From NCBI RefSeq assembly GCF_016432865.1, contig NC_067399.1, positions 627,254,001 to 627,318,000 on the forward strand: DNA of 64,000 bases. Reading direction: 5' to 3'. Source of the stretch: Antechinus flavipes (Eukaryota). The position numbers and the translations under genes are program-made. Shown here in pieces: positions 1 through 11,942 of the stretch. The notes under the pieces were generated by a model. That model had not been told where the DNA came from and made no database searches. It saw only the letters and a program-made list of their open reading frames with translations. The stretch's first letter is position 1. Each line of letters opens with the position of its first letter.

Positions 1-21
1 GCTATGATGATTCAGCCAAAG
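1..21 (+). CDS. MAT1A: MAT1A exon 3, 3' end only (the exon starts before the window)
   Basis: GC TAT GAT GAT TCA GCC AAA G|gtaggg = (G)YDDSAK plus a phase-1 donor; joins in frame to the exon at 8281. Confidence 0.93.
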
Positions 22-1209
22 GTAGGGAAGAAAACACTGGGACCAAAAAGCATGTTTGTTTTAACTGTATCTCTGGGTCTGGGGTTAGAATAGATTTATT
101 AAGAGACTGATAAGAGGTCTTTATGAGTGAAACAAATTACAGACCATCTCAGACCAAGATGAGCTCATGTAGCTATGTCTATACTTTTCCATCCTGACAA
201 TAAAGCACCAAAAAGAGAAACTCTGCAGGTAAATACCCCTGGTTATTATAGAAAATTAGAATTAAATGAAAAACATTTCTGTTTAGGTTGTCTATTATGG
301 CATCATCATTTAATTCCAATGGTGGATGACCTTGAAAGTCAAAATCTTATTTAAATAAATGAGCAACCTTATCTTTGGGAACACAAACATCACCTATGAA
401 TGTTGTTCTTCCTGAGGACTTTGAACTCTTTCTAAATGCTTTCCAAGATTAGTCTGCTGTCATAAATATTAAAGAGTGAAAATCAAGTGATTAATTACAA
501 AATGGTACATGATTAAAATATCAAGGGCCTGAAATTGAATAGCTGATATTAGGTATTTCATAAGGCTGAGTACCTAAGTGACAGAAAAATCTAAAAATGA
601 GAGTAACGTAGCTCTCTTGAAATAGTGGCAAATGATGTGTGGCTTTGTACATGCTTCCCACAGGCATTCAAAACCAGATGGTGAAAACTAATAGAAGAAT
701 GATATAAAAACACACGGAATGATGATATGATCTTACTTGCCTGTCCCATCAATGGAGGAAAGGTTGGCTGGAAGAGAATTTAGAACTCAAAAAAATTGTT
801 TAAAATAAATAAATAGCAAGTGGAAAAAATAAAATAATTGAAGGAGAGGTGTATGTGGAAAGAACACTTAGAAGCAGTCTAATAGAAGAGAGCTGGTTGT
901 CAGGAAGATTTTTAAGTCTCATTATTGACATATACTAACTGTCCAAGTTTAGACAAGAAATTTCTCTGGCCTTGTGAAGCTCTCTAAAATAATATGTTAC
1001 AGAGAAGGCCTCTCCATTATTACTTACTACTTAGTGTTTCTCTATATTGATGAAATCCCAGGAGAGTCCCCCAAATCACAAAATGTCATAATAATACCTT
1101 GAGTCTTATCTTGCCAAAAAGAGATTATAAAGCCATTTTGTCATTGGGTTCATTATCTTTCTTTAGGCTTTTAGCACAGCCACATGTTGGGCTAAAACTA
1201 GGTTGACAA

Positions 1210-1420
1210 CACTGGGAGTCAGGGAGACCAGAGTTCAAATTCTGCCACTGACATTTGCCAGCTGTGTTAACCTGATCAAGTCTTGACCTCTCGCTGTCCC
1301 AGTGCCTTCATCTTTAACATAGGGACAATAATAAGATCTATCTCATAAGGTGTTAAAAGGATCAATAAAATCATATAAAGTGTTTTATAAACTTTATAGC
1401 AATATATAAATGCTAGCTAT
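1210..1420 (+). mobile_element. CORE-SINE (MIR-type), old; representative of many copies in the window
   Basis: ggagtcagggagaccagagttcaaatt box-B head, CORE domain, and a tail ending tatataaatgctagctat. Confidence 0.7.
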
Positions 1421-1559
1421 CACTTTACTCTTATTATTACTATTACTAATAAAGAGCAAAATAGAGAAAAAAATTAAAAATTTATTGATATTATTTACAC
1501 TTCTATTATTGAGGTTAATCATTTGCTTAAGATATTTTATATTTATTTCTTCATATAAT

Positions 1560-1990
1560 TTTATTTTAAAATTTATTTATTTTTCTTAAAAACATTTCTT
1601 AATGTTCTTAAAAATATTTTGAGTTCCAAATTCTCTCCTACCCAATTGACCTTCCCCCACCCACTGAAGAGATAAGTGATATATCAATTATACATGTAAC
1701 ATCATGCAAAACATATTTCCATAGTAGCCATATCACCAAAAAGAAAGGAAAATAAAATAAGAAAATTATACTTCAATTTGCACTCAGCTTATAATTAGCT
1801 CTCTCTTTGGAGGTAAATAGCATTTTTCATCATGAGTCCTTTGGAACTATCTTGGATCATTGTTTTGATCAGAGTTGTTGTCATATTTTGTCTTTATTAA
1901 GGTCATTAATACATATCTCAGGTCCCAACTTCGCAGTAAAAACTTCTTGGATCACTGAAACCTACACTGATTTCCCTCTGCTCTGTACTT
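1560..1990 (-). mobile_element. Old L1 3'-end fragment
   Basis: Resembles the L1 3' UTR pieces at 14.8-15.2 kb and 47.0-47.4 kb. Confidence 0.6.
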
Positions 1991-2269
1991 ACAGTTTTTA
2001 TTTATCATACCATAAAATTTGACACTTAGTTGTAGTATTTTGTTGTTTATTATTCTTTAAAATGTTTCACAGTCTTGAGTTCCCAGGTGGATTTTCAATT
2101 TTTTGAAGTCAAGGATAATTTTTAATACTACTTTTGTAGTCTCTCTCACTGCCAACTTGGATGAGATATACAAATATTTGTTGACTGGTAGTTCGAAAAG
2201 CATTTTGAGTATTTTTGAATTTCTTAAGTTTATTTTTTTAAATAGGGATTTAGATTCAGTCTATGGACA

Positions 2270-2475
2270 ACTAAGTGGATCAAATGCTGGGCACAAAGTT
2301 AGGAAGACTCAAGTTCTTGGGTTCAAATCTGGCCATAGGCACTTATAAACTGTGTAACCCTGGGCAAATCACTTATCTCTGTTTGCCTCAGTTCTTCTTT
2401 AAAATGAGCTGGAAAAATTGTAGCATTTTTGCCAAGAAAACCCCAAATGACTGAAATGACTGAACAACAACAAAG
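2270..2475 (+). mobile_element. CORE-SINE with an RTE-type tail (Mar1-like); similar copies near 19081-19290, 50140-50390 and 57610-57845 (+) and 7230-7490, 33170-33420 and 53310-53570
   Basis: gttcaaatctggcc...ctgtgtaaccctgggcaaatcactt...tttgccaagaaaaccccaaat...gactgaacaacaacaa. Confidence 0.7.
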
Positions 2476-3269
2476 GCTTAGCCTAAGGCACAGGATATTA
2501 CTTGCATTGACAATTATCCTTCATAGTAGGAGTGATTGCAGGTTATTGAATTTGCTAATTGTTCTTCTATATTGTAAAGAAATAACTTGTTCAAAAGTAA
2601 TTATTGAGCACCTATTGTATTCAAGGCATGATGTGAAATGCTATGAGAGATGCAAAAATGAGTGATCCATAATATTCACTTTTAGGAAGTTTGCCATATA
2701 GTAAGCAGGATAAAAGAAACATAATAATAACAATTATTTGGGGCATAATAAATTAAGAAGTGAATTGTCACATTACAGGAGTAACACCGAATCACAGATG
2801 GTAGCATAATATAAGACACTTGGAAAGGTAGAATAGGGAAAGGTACTTTAGGAAGAATATAAATTATTTGTGCCTTACTTTTGGCAGGGTTTTCCAAATT
2901 CATATAGCTCTGATCAATCACAGTTGGACATACTATATCTTGACCCAAACAATGGTGCCATTTTGGTTTTCTTCAAGAATCAAGGACAACAATCAAACTA
3001 CTTTAGGAAGATCATTTTAACAGCTGAGTGGAGAAAAGAATAGAGAAATGAGGCAGGGAGACCCATCAGCAGGCTATTGCAATAATTCAGGTATGAAGTG
3101 ATAAGGACCTGTACCAGTGTCTTACGGTGCTAGAGAACAGAAGGGGGCATATTTGAGAGATGTTATGAAGGTATATATATATATGGCATAAGATTTTACA
3201 GAAAGGAAATCTTAGAACCATCTGGTCAGAGAAGAATTATGACTTGATCCACAGGAGACATATTAAAGA

Positions 3270-3530
3270 CATAACTTTCATATCTATCATATATGTCTGT
3301 CTGTCTATCATATCTGTCTTTCTATCATATCTGTGTTCTATTTGTTCCATCTGTCTGTTCTTCTGTCAGTCTATCATATCTATCATGTCTTTATCATATC
3401 TATCTGTCTTTCTGTCAATCATATCTGTGTTCTATCAGTCTATCTATCATATATGTCTAGCTATTATATCTCTCTTCTGTCTATCATCTTTTTGTCTATA
3501 ATATCTGTCTTTTATCTATTGCTAGATAGA
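3270..3530. repeat. Degenerate (TCTA/TCTG)n tetranucleotide array
   Basis: Continuous tctatc/tctgtc/tatcat units. Confidence 0.9.
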
Positions 3531-6500
3531 TGGACGGGTCTAAGAGGAAGGCATTAGTAAGTAGAGATATTGGGAAAGACCTCCTGTAGATGGTGGGATT
3601 AGAGTCTTGCCTTCCAGAAAGCCAGGGGAATTAAGAGATGAAGGTAAAGGGACTAAACATTCTAGGCATGAAGAGCAGCCAGTGCAAAGGCAGAGATAAG
3701 ACATTCAGTATCCTGCTTAAGGAATAGGAAGCAGGTCAACATAGCTATATTGTAGGGGACATGGAGGAAATCAAGTCCATTACAGCAGAGCCAAGTATCT
3801 GGCTCATCTGCTTTCAGGGAAAAAACAAACAAACAAACAAGAAAACTTCCCTCATTGTTTTATATAATTATTATGTTCTGTTACCAGGTTTCCCTGTATG
3901 GAAATAACTTTAATTTGAATTCATAGATCAGCTAATCGAAGACCTTTAAGTTTGAGAGGCAACTTGGTGCAGTAGATACTGTGTTAGAAATGGAAGTGAG
4001 AAACCATGGGTTTGAGTTCTGTCTTAGACACTGGGAAAATCAGTTCATCTCTCATGGCTTTAGGCAACTGGGATTATTTACAAGTTTCAGAGAAGTGGTT
4101 GATCTCACTGGAAGAGGAAGTTTTCCCTGTACCAATGACATTCCTTTCAGCTCCTATCCTCATCCTTATCTCTAGCTTATCCTATTTACTATTTATGAGA
4201 CTAAGGTCAAGTCACTTAACCTTTCTAAGCCTCAGTTTCCTTATCTATAAAATGGGAATAGCAATCTTTGTCATACCACAGAGAATAGATACATACTCAT
4301 ACACATATATACACATATCACATGTGTGTGTATATATATATTATATATATAATATATATAAGTATATATACATACCACATATTTACTCACTACTTACATC
4401 TGTCAGTGAAGGAGAATATGTGATTTGAGTTGCTGGAAACAGAGATTTTAATAAAATTTTACCCATGATAAAATTCATTGCAGATGTGTACACTGTCCCC
4501 CAAAACAGAATTTGCTGATTTCTTCCCTCTGCCCCTTTCCCCAATTTTATTGATTGGCTGAACTATCAACTGGTATCAGATCAAGCAGAGAACATTTTGA
4601 TGTATTTTATTGGTTGCATTACTCTTGAGAGTTTGATTGTAATAGAAAGTTCACTCAGCCAATAATAATGGTAGTGGTGAGGGGAAGCAGCAAATTCTAC
4701 GTTGTGTAGACAGGAGATTATAAGAATGCTTGAGGATGTAAAACTAACCCTTGAACACTTTGTTCTACAATGAGGCAACATAGCTTTGGTTCAAGTTGGC
4801 AATAGTCTAAGAATGCAGGAGCAAGACTGGAAACTTCAGAATTCTTCTACTGTTGCTTAATGTCTCTATTGACTATTCTTAAGGAAGTGAGGGTGAGGAA
4901 AGGAGAAAATACCCTTGAGTTTCTAACTATATCCTGAGTATCCTTAAATGAGACAAGACCCCCAAATACTTTGCTATTATTGTGAGGGCTATGAACAAGA
5001 GGATTATGGAATTATAGGAGTATCTGTTCAGAACTGAAAGGGACCTTAGAGATCAGTGGATTTATTTTACAGATGAAGAAATAAAAACACAGGAAATTGA
5101 CTTGTCAAAATCACAAAAGTCAGTATCTGAATCAGGATATGAGCTCAGTTTTTTGAAATAGTAGATCATAGATCATAGATTTAAAATTGAAAGAAACCTC
5201 AGAGACCATCTAGTTAAACCTTCTTATTTTTACAGATAAGGAAACTGAGATCTAGGAAGGCTGGGACATGTTTAAAGTAAATTTTTTTGTATACTCTGCT
5301 AGTTCTTAGGAATTTTTTATTATGACACCTTTCAAAAGAACATAATGTTCAAAATTATTTAGCCTTCCTGAAACACCAAGTTGGTATGTTTTGCCATATA
5401 GAATTGTCAATATATTCTACCAGGAAAGTCACTCTATTTTAATTTATTCAGAACTTATTTAAGAGTGACTTTTTGTCTTTGTCTTTACAAGAGACAGTTC
5501 CCAGAAGGGATTTCCCCTAGAAATGGTAAAGGGAGAGAAAAGTGAGAAGTAATTCCAAAGTTCATTTTATTTCCTTATGAGCCCATCTTACTGTAGCAGA
5601 TGGCACGTGGATGGTTGTTTATGAATGTTAAGTAGCACGGATCACTGGGCACAAATTTGGCCACAGACACTTTCTAACTCTATAACTCTGACCAAGTCCT
5701 TTAATTTTTGTCTGCCTTTGTTTCCTAAACTGTAAGATGGAGATAATAATGGCACTTACCTCCCAGGTTTATTGTGAGGATTAAATGAGATAATATTTGT
5801 AAAGATCTTAGCACAGTGCTAGGCACATATTCGGTACTTAATAAATGCTTGTTTCCATCCTGTGACACCTGGCTGGCTTTGGGATTCTCTCCAGGTGTGT
5901 ATGTGTGTGTGCATGCATGTGTGAGTATTGTGTACTCTTGTTCACAAGTGCTAGAGTCTCTATTTGATTATCATCTGGCATGGTGGATATTTCAGGAAAT
6001 CTCTGGCTGTGGCAGTCAGGCAGAAAGCCATATTCTGCTGTTCTGCAGTGTGTTTGTTACTTTCGGTCAGTCTTTTTTGTCACTATCCTTTCTTTTCATG
6101 CATCGCAGCTCTGTCTGTTTCTGTCCCACCGGTGCCATTTTTTTTTTTTAAAGCATGGTTGATGCTTTTTTGTTATTACATCACCATTATTTCTAGAAAC
6201 ACTGATCCCTCAGGAATTGAACCCTCTCTTATAACTAAGAAAAACATTTAAGCAAAGATGCCTGACAGGGTGATCTTTTTGACAGAGAAGATCATAGCTC
6301 TCGAGTTGGAAGGGCTTAGATACCTGACTCTTCAGTTCTCAATTTCCTCAACTGTAAAGTTGAAAGCAATCTTAGAGAACAGATAATGAAATCTAACTTT
6401 ACCTCCCTGCCATTCATTAGCATGACACTGTGGAAATAGAAATGACTTTAGGGTCAGAAAAACTGGATTCAACTGTGCCCTCTGACAATTACTCATTGGG

Positions 6501-8280
6501 TTACCTTAGATGCTTGACCCTCCAGGTTTCAGTTTCTTCAACTGTAGAATGAAGGGTTTGGGTTTGTTTGTTAGATTTCATTATCTATTTTCTAGGATTG
6601 TAGTACCTAGGTATCTTTTTCACTAGGCTTCCCTTATAAGTTACTTTTGCAATGAAACTCTCTGGTCATATCTGTACAATTGCTAGATCCTTTAGAACAT
6701 GTGTCTATCATGCACGCTGAGCACATACAAAATTCATGGCTGGTATTGAATATCTGAAATGACTCTGACTGTCGGGATTTACCTTGAGAAGCCTAGGAGG
6801 GATTTTCCACTCATCCACTCGGGGAGGGATAGAGTATCTATTGGCCTTCATTTTTATTTACTCACATTTTTGGTATCCTCAGGAAGCCTGAAGGAACGTG
6901 CTTTTTATGGAGTTGCTCACATCAGGCTGCTTCTCAGTGTACAAAGCATAAGATTACCCAAAGAGGAATAAGCCTCTGGCTCTAAAATGACACTTTTTAG
7001 TTGATTGTAGAATTCCAGCCATGACATATGGAAATGTTTCATGGGACAAAGTGAGACTTCTTTAGGAAAGAAATCTTTTTAGGATTTTTTTTTGGATCAA
7101 ATGACCAGTGGCCTTTTTACTCTCCCATGTAGAGATAATCTTCTCCTCCCCTTCCCAAATCCCTTTTACTTCATAAATAAGGAAGGTGAGACTCACAGAG
7201 ATAATGGCATTGTCCCAAGATTATATAATTAGTCTGTGGCTGACTTGGTACTGGAACCCAAGTCCTCTGTCTCCAAATTTAGTGTTCTTTTTGGAAGATT
7301 TGAGTTCAAATCAAGCCTCAGACACTTGCTAGCTATATGAACCTGGGCAAAGCCACTTAATCTTGTTTCCTTCAATTTTTCTTCTATGAAATGAACTGCA
7401 GAAGCAAATGGAAAACCAACCCAATGTCTTTGCCAAGAAAACCTCAAATGGGGATACAGAGAATCACATATCATCGATCAAACAACGTCAAATAAAATTG
7501 GGGCAGCTAAGGTGCATAATAAATAGAGCACCAGCCTTAAATAGCTATTGACTCTGAGTAAGTCACTTAACCCTGACTACATTAAAAAAAAAAAAAAGGA
7601 CTTTTATTTTGAGGGAATCCCTTTATTTAGCAAAACTGAATACAGGTTACATTTTCTATTCTGTGACTGACTCTTTCAAGCTCTTTCCCTCCTTTCTTGG
7701 GTTCACATGCTAATAGCAGCCACAACAACCACCACTACCACAACAGTGCTAGAGTCTTCCCTCTGTTGATTATCCTCAATTTATCTTGGATACATGATGA
7801 TTATATGTATATAATTGTTTATTTGTTGCAGCCCCATTAGATTGTGAGTTTCTTGAGGTAAGGTCTGTTTTTTTTCCTTATCTTGCATTCATAGTGTCTG
7901 GAACATAATAGATGTTTAATAAATTCTTGTTGACTGACTAGTTAGTGTTTCAGTATTGCAAAGCATTTTACAAATATTATCTCATTTTATCTTCATCATA
8001 AACCTGAGAGGAAGGTGCTATTATTACCCCATATTAGTTACAAGTCCTTTGGTTTGGGTTAGTTTTAGGTTGTGCCTGACTTTATCTTAGATAAAGGATG
8101 CAAAGAGAAGATATTCCCCCAGAAGAATAAGTGAGAAAAATATAAAATTAAAAAACAAACATAGGATAGCCTGGATTAGGAACTGAACAAGGCCATCATG
8201 TGTGCATCTGGGGAACAGGTCTCTGCCCAGCTCACCTGTGAAATGTGTAACAGCTCATATTTGCTTTTCTTATCCTGCAG

Positions 8281-8393
8281 GCTTTGACTTCAAGACCTGC
8301 AATGTGTTAGTAGCCCTGGAACAACAGTCTCCAGATATTGCCCAGTGTGTCCATTTGGACAGAAATGAAGAAGATGTTGGTGCTGGAGACCAG
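8281..8393 (+). CDS. MAT1A: MAT1A exon 4 (113 nt)
   Basis: tcctgcag|...CAG|gtggct; encodes [46 protein letters not shown] is the MAT1A form, whereas MAT2A has DIAQGVHL. Confidence 0.98.
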
Positions 8394-8924
8394 GTGGCTA
8401 AGTATTACTCACTTTAGCAAAGTCATAATTCAGTCCCAGTTAATCAGTTTCTCTGTCTGTTCATTCCAGGGAGAAATGGTCTCCATTTTCAGAATATCTT
8501 TATTATTTGGATTTCTTAACTATTGATATCACATGGTGTTTGCTTTTTCTGTGTTTTTAGTTAGAAATTGTGGAGCAAAGCCAATATGTTACAGGATCAC
8601 AACAACTTTTCTTGCTCCTTATCTTTCTACCTCCTTCTCCTCAGATAAAGTTTTCTCATTAATTTCTGAGTTGCTTGAGGGCTTAGGAAGAATCTTTGGG
8701 CTTTTTATGAGAAAATATTATTTCTTTTTTTTTTCCAGTTCTAATTATGTTCTCTCGAAGAAGGACTGAATTGCTATATGGTATTTGCAGTTGGTTAGAT
8801 GGCAATTGATGTGAATATGACCTTCTGGACAGAAAACTCTGAGATAATGTTTATAAGTGACAAAAAATACCACCAAAATCTCATATTGTATATAGATTTG
8901 ATGACCACATGTCAAACACAAGAG

Positions 8925-9150
8925 ACAGGGGTGTGCTGAAATCAGCACCTACTAATTAAACTTTCAGTGTGAGCATTTATACTTTGAAAATCAGCAAAGG
9001 CTACAGATCAGGGCTTAATATATGTTCTTGTTGATTGGTTAAAATTTAAAAAAAAAGTGTTGGAGAAAATGTTAATGCAGATTACACTAAAAATGTGTCA
9101 TGCTTTCTTTTTTTTTTCAGAGATCTGGTTGTTAAATATTTTTAGCATAC
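8925..9150. mobile_element. Old hAT-type non-autonomous DNA element; a second partial copy lies in the opposite orientation at ~9430-9580
   Basis: caggggtgtgctg terminus, cagtgtgagcattt, gctacagatcagggct; reverse-complement motifs accctgatttatagc, gtgctcata and cagcatact at 9490-9580. Confidence 0.55.
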
Positions 9151-11409
9151 TTTTTATTATAGAATATGAGAAACTCATAACTGATATGACATATGTGATC
9201 TCTATATAGAAAAGGCAGTTTAGTAAAATATGATGCATGTTGGAATCAATAGAAACCTAAATTTGAATCCTGCCTTAGGTATTTACTAGCTGATTGATCA
9301 TGGGAAAATCACTTATCCTGAGACTCAGTTTTCTCCTTTGTAAAAATGAGGATAATAATAGCACATATCATATAGGATTGTTGTACTTGAGACAATATCT
9401 ATAAAATGTTTCCCAATCTTATATCGCTGCATTGTTAACATTATCTCCATAGCTTTTAAAAAACTAATCAATCAACAAGAAAATACATTATACCCTGATT
9501 TATAGCTTTTGCTCATTTTCAAGATATAAGTGCTCATACATAACAATTGGTTCTTAGGAGCCAGTAGATGTTGACTTCAGCATACTCTTATAATCTGTAT
9601 TTGATGTATAATCATCAAATTTATATATAACATGAGAATCTGGTGGTGATTTTGACCTTTTAATATTTATTAAATCTATTTTGTATCACATGTAAATGTA
9701 AGTTTTTATTATTATGAGAATTAACATGGTATGGTGGATAGAAAGGTCAACTTGCAGGAAGATCTGATTTCATGGTCCTGTCTATGTAACTCTGAACAAG
9801 TCACTTAATTTCTTAGAATTATAAACAACTCTCTTAAGACTCTAAGTTGAAAAAAAAGGTGCATTGTTAAAGGGAGTTTCTCTATCTGGCCATTTATCTT
9901 TTGTGGAATAGCAGTACAAAAAACAAATGGTTTAACTCAGAGGAGACTAAAAGTAACTCATTTTGAATCATAAATTAGATCAAATCTCAAACTCTTATGT
10001 GTTTGACATGGTTTCTGTGATAAATCTTCATTCTTAACTATGAGGAAAACTAAATGGGATGGCTTGTGGTAATTATTTCCTAATACAGGGCTAAGAATAC
10101 CATTTGCCTTATCTATAATTGTGGGATTACTGGGAAGCTGCGAAGGAAATGGCCAGGCTGGTAGGAGAAGAATCAAAAAAAGCAATTCCAGGGAAGACAC
10201 AGAAAGGAGAGGTTCTTTAAGAGAAATGGTCAGCAATACCAGGCATTCTAGAGACCATAAGAAAGAGGAGAACTGAGAAAAGGAATTAGAGCAAGTAAAT
10301 CATTTTTCTTACCTTGTAAAACAAAAGATAGAATGGTTGGATCAGAAACCAGATTGCAAAGTGTTGAGAAGTGATTGGGAGAGGAGAAAGTGGAGGTAAT
10401 GAGAATAAAAAGTTTTTCTTTCTTGGAGTTTGTGAAAAAAAGAAGAGATAGAAGTGTGAAGATCTATTTTAAAATTAGATACTGAAGAAGAAAAAGCATT
10501 CCATGTACATTCTTGGACTGAAATCTGGATGTTTGGTATAATACATTTAGTTCTAAAAGCATAAATGAGAAGAGATGGAGACATAATGTCACAGCATAAT
10601 ACCATAGATAAAACTGCTTCCCAATTGGTAGTGAGTCTGACTTGGAAAGTTTAAATTGAAATGGAATGTAATTGAGTAGCTTCCAAGTGTTAGCTAGAGG
10701 ATTCTCAAAAGGAATGTGAGTTCCTAGCTGAATTTAGGTACTAAATTAGTCATTATTTCCTGGATCTGCATTTCTGAGCCTATATCCCTTTTAGATCTGG
10801 GTAAATGGTATACAATCTTGGTTTGAGTTTCTTCTTTGGAATCTTTTTTCTTAGACTCATAACTAATCCATGTCTATTTAATGAGTTTCAAGATCATCAA
10901 TTTCTCATTGTACTTATGAATAATGGACACTAATTTACAAAATTAAAAAAAACTTTTTATAATTTTATTAGAAAACAATATGAGAATTTCTTAAATCTAT
11001 AAAGGTTAGCTTTGAGAGTAAAATTACAAGTTCAAGGAGTTCAAATGTTATGCCATGCAATTTTTTTTTTTTGCCTTCATCTTTACTATGTGCTTATAAT
11101 TGACTCTAAATTCAAATTTGTTGCTTTTGAGAGTGAGTGATTCCTGCTTTTGAAATGACAGACCCCCCCTTTCATTAATAGTGTCTGTTAAGACAGCAAT
11201 TTTTTTTATATTTACCTATTAATCACACTTTATGTTTAAGTGAATTTAATGCCTTTCTTTGTTACTTACTTTGAAAGTGGGTACATGTAGGCAGAACTTG
11301 TTAAAAGATCTTAAAGGAGTTAGTAGCTGAAGCAAGGAGTTGTAGAAATTTAAAGCTCCAAAGAGAGACTATCAGTCATATTTGGTTTCACTGAGAAACT
11401 TCTCTCATT

Positions 11410-11715
11410 TTATAGAGAAGTGGGAGGGGAAAGGAGAAAGGAAAGGGGGAGACTAATACAAGGGAAAATAGAAGTAGTAGGGAAAAGATATAAGAAAGGG
11501 GAGGACTGTTTGAGGGAAGTCAGAGTCAGAAGCAAAATACTAGGGAAGAGGCAAAAGAGGAAAGGAAAGAAAAAAGCATAACTTGGGGTAAAATGTCAGG
11601 AAGTACAGAATTAGTCACTTTAACTGTGGTTGTGAATGGGATGAACTCTCTCGTAAAACAAAAGCAGATTGCAGACTGGATTAAGAGCCACAATATTACA
11701 ATATGTTGCTTATGA
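11410..11715 (+). mobile_element. Internal L1 fragment (inter-ORF spacer plus ORF2 endonuclease N-terminus)
   Basis: ATG at 11593 gives MSGSTELVTLTVVVNGMNSLVKQKQIADWIKSHNITICCL*, matching the L1 ORF2 start NVNG...WIK...ICCL. Confidence 0.85.
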
Positions 11716-11798
11716 AATTTAATTAGGGTTAATTAATTAACCCTAGGGTATAGCAAGTTGGGACACTGACATTCTTTCTCCTCTCCCTTTCTTTGTAG

Positions 11799-11942
11799 GG
11801 TTTGATGTTTGGCTATGCCACAGATGAGACAGAAGAATGTATGCCTCTCACCATTATACTTGCTCATAAGCTCAATGCCCGGATGGCAGACCTGAGGCGA
11901 ACAGGAGTTCTCCCCTGGCTAAGACCTGATTCTAAAACTCAG
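11799..11942 (+). CDS. MAT1A: MAT1A exon 5 (144 nt)
   Basis: ctttgtag|...CAG|gtaatt; encodes [48 protein letters not shown]. Confidence 0.98.

Noticed and set aside
998-1006. TACAGAGAA (METTL16 nonamer) in a SAM synthetase gene; also at 7455-7463, and TACAGAAAA at 16132-16140
   Set aside because: All are deep intronic, one lies in a SINE, and none is at a 3' splice site or in an evident hairpin. I found none in the 3' UTR, consistent with MAT1A lacking the MAT2A hairpin system.
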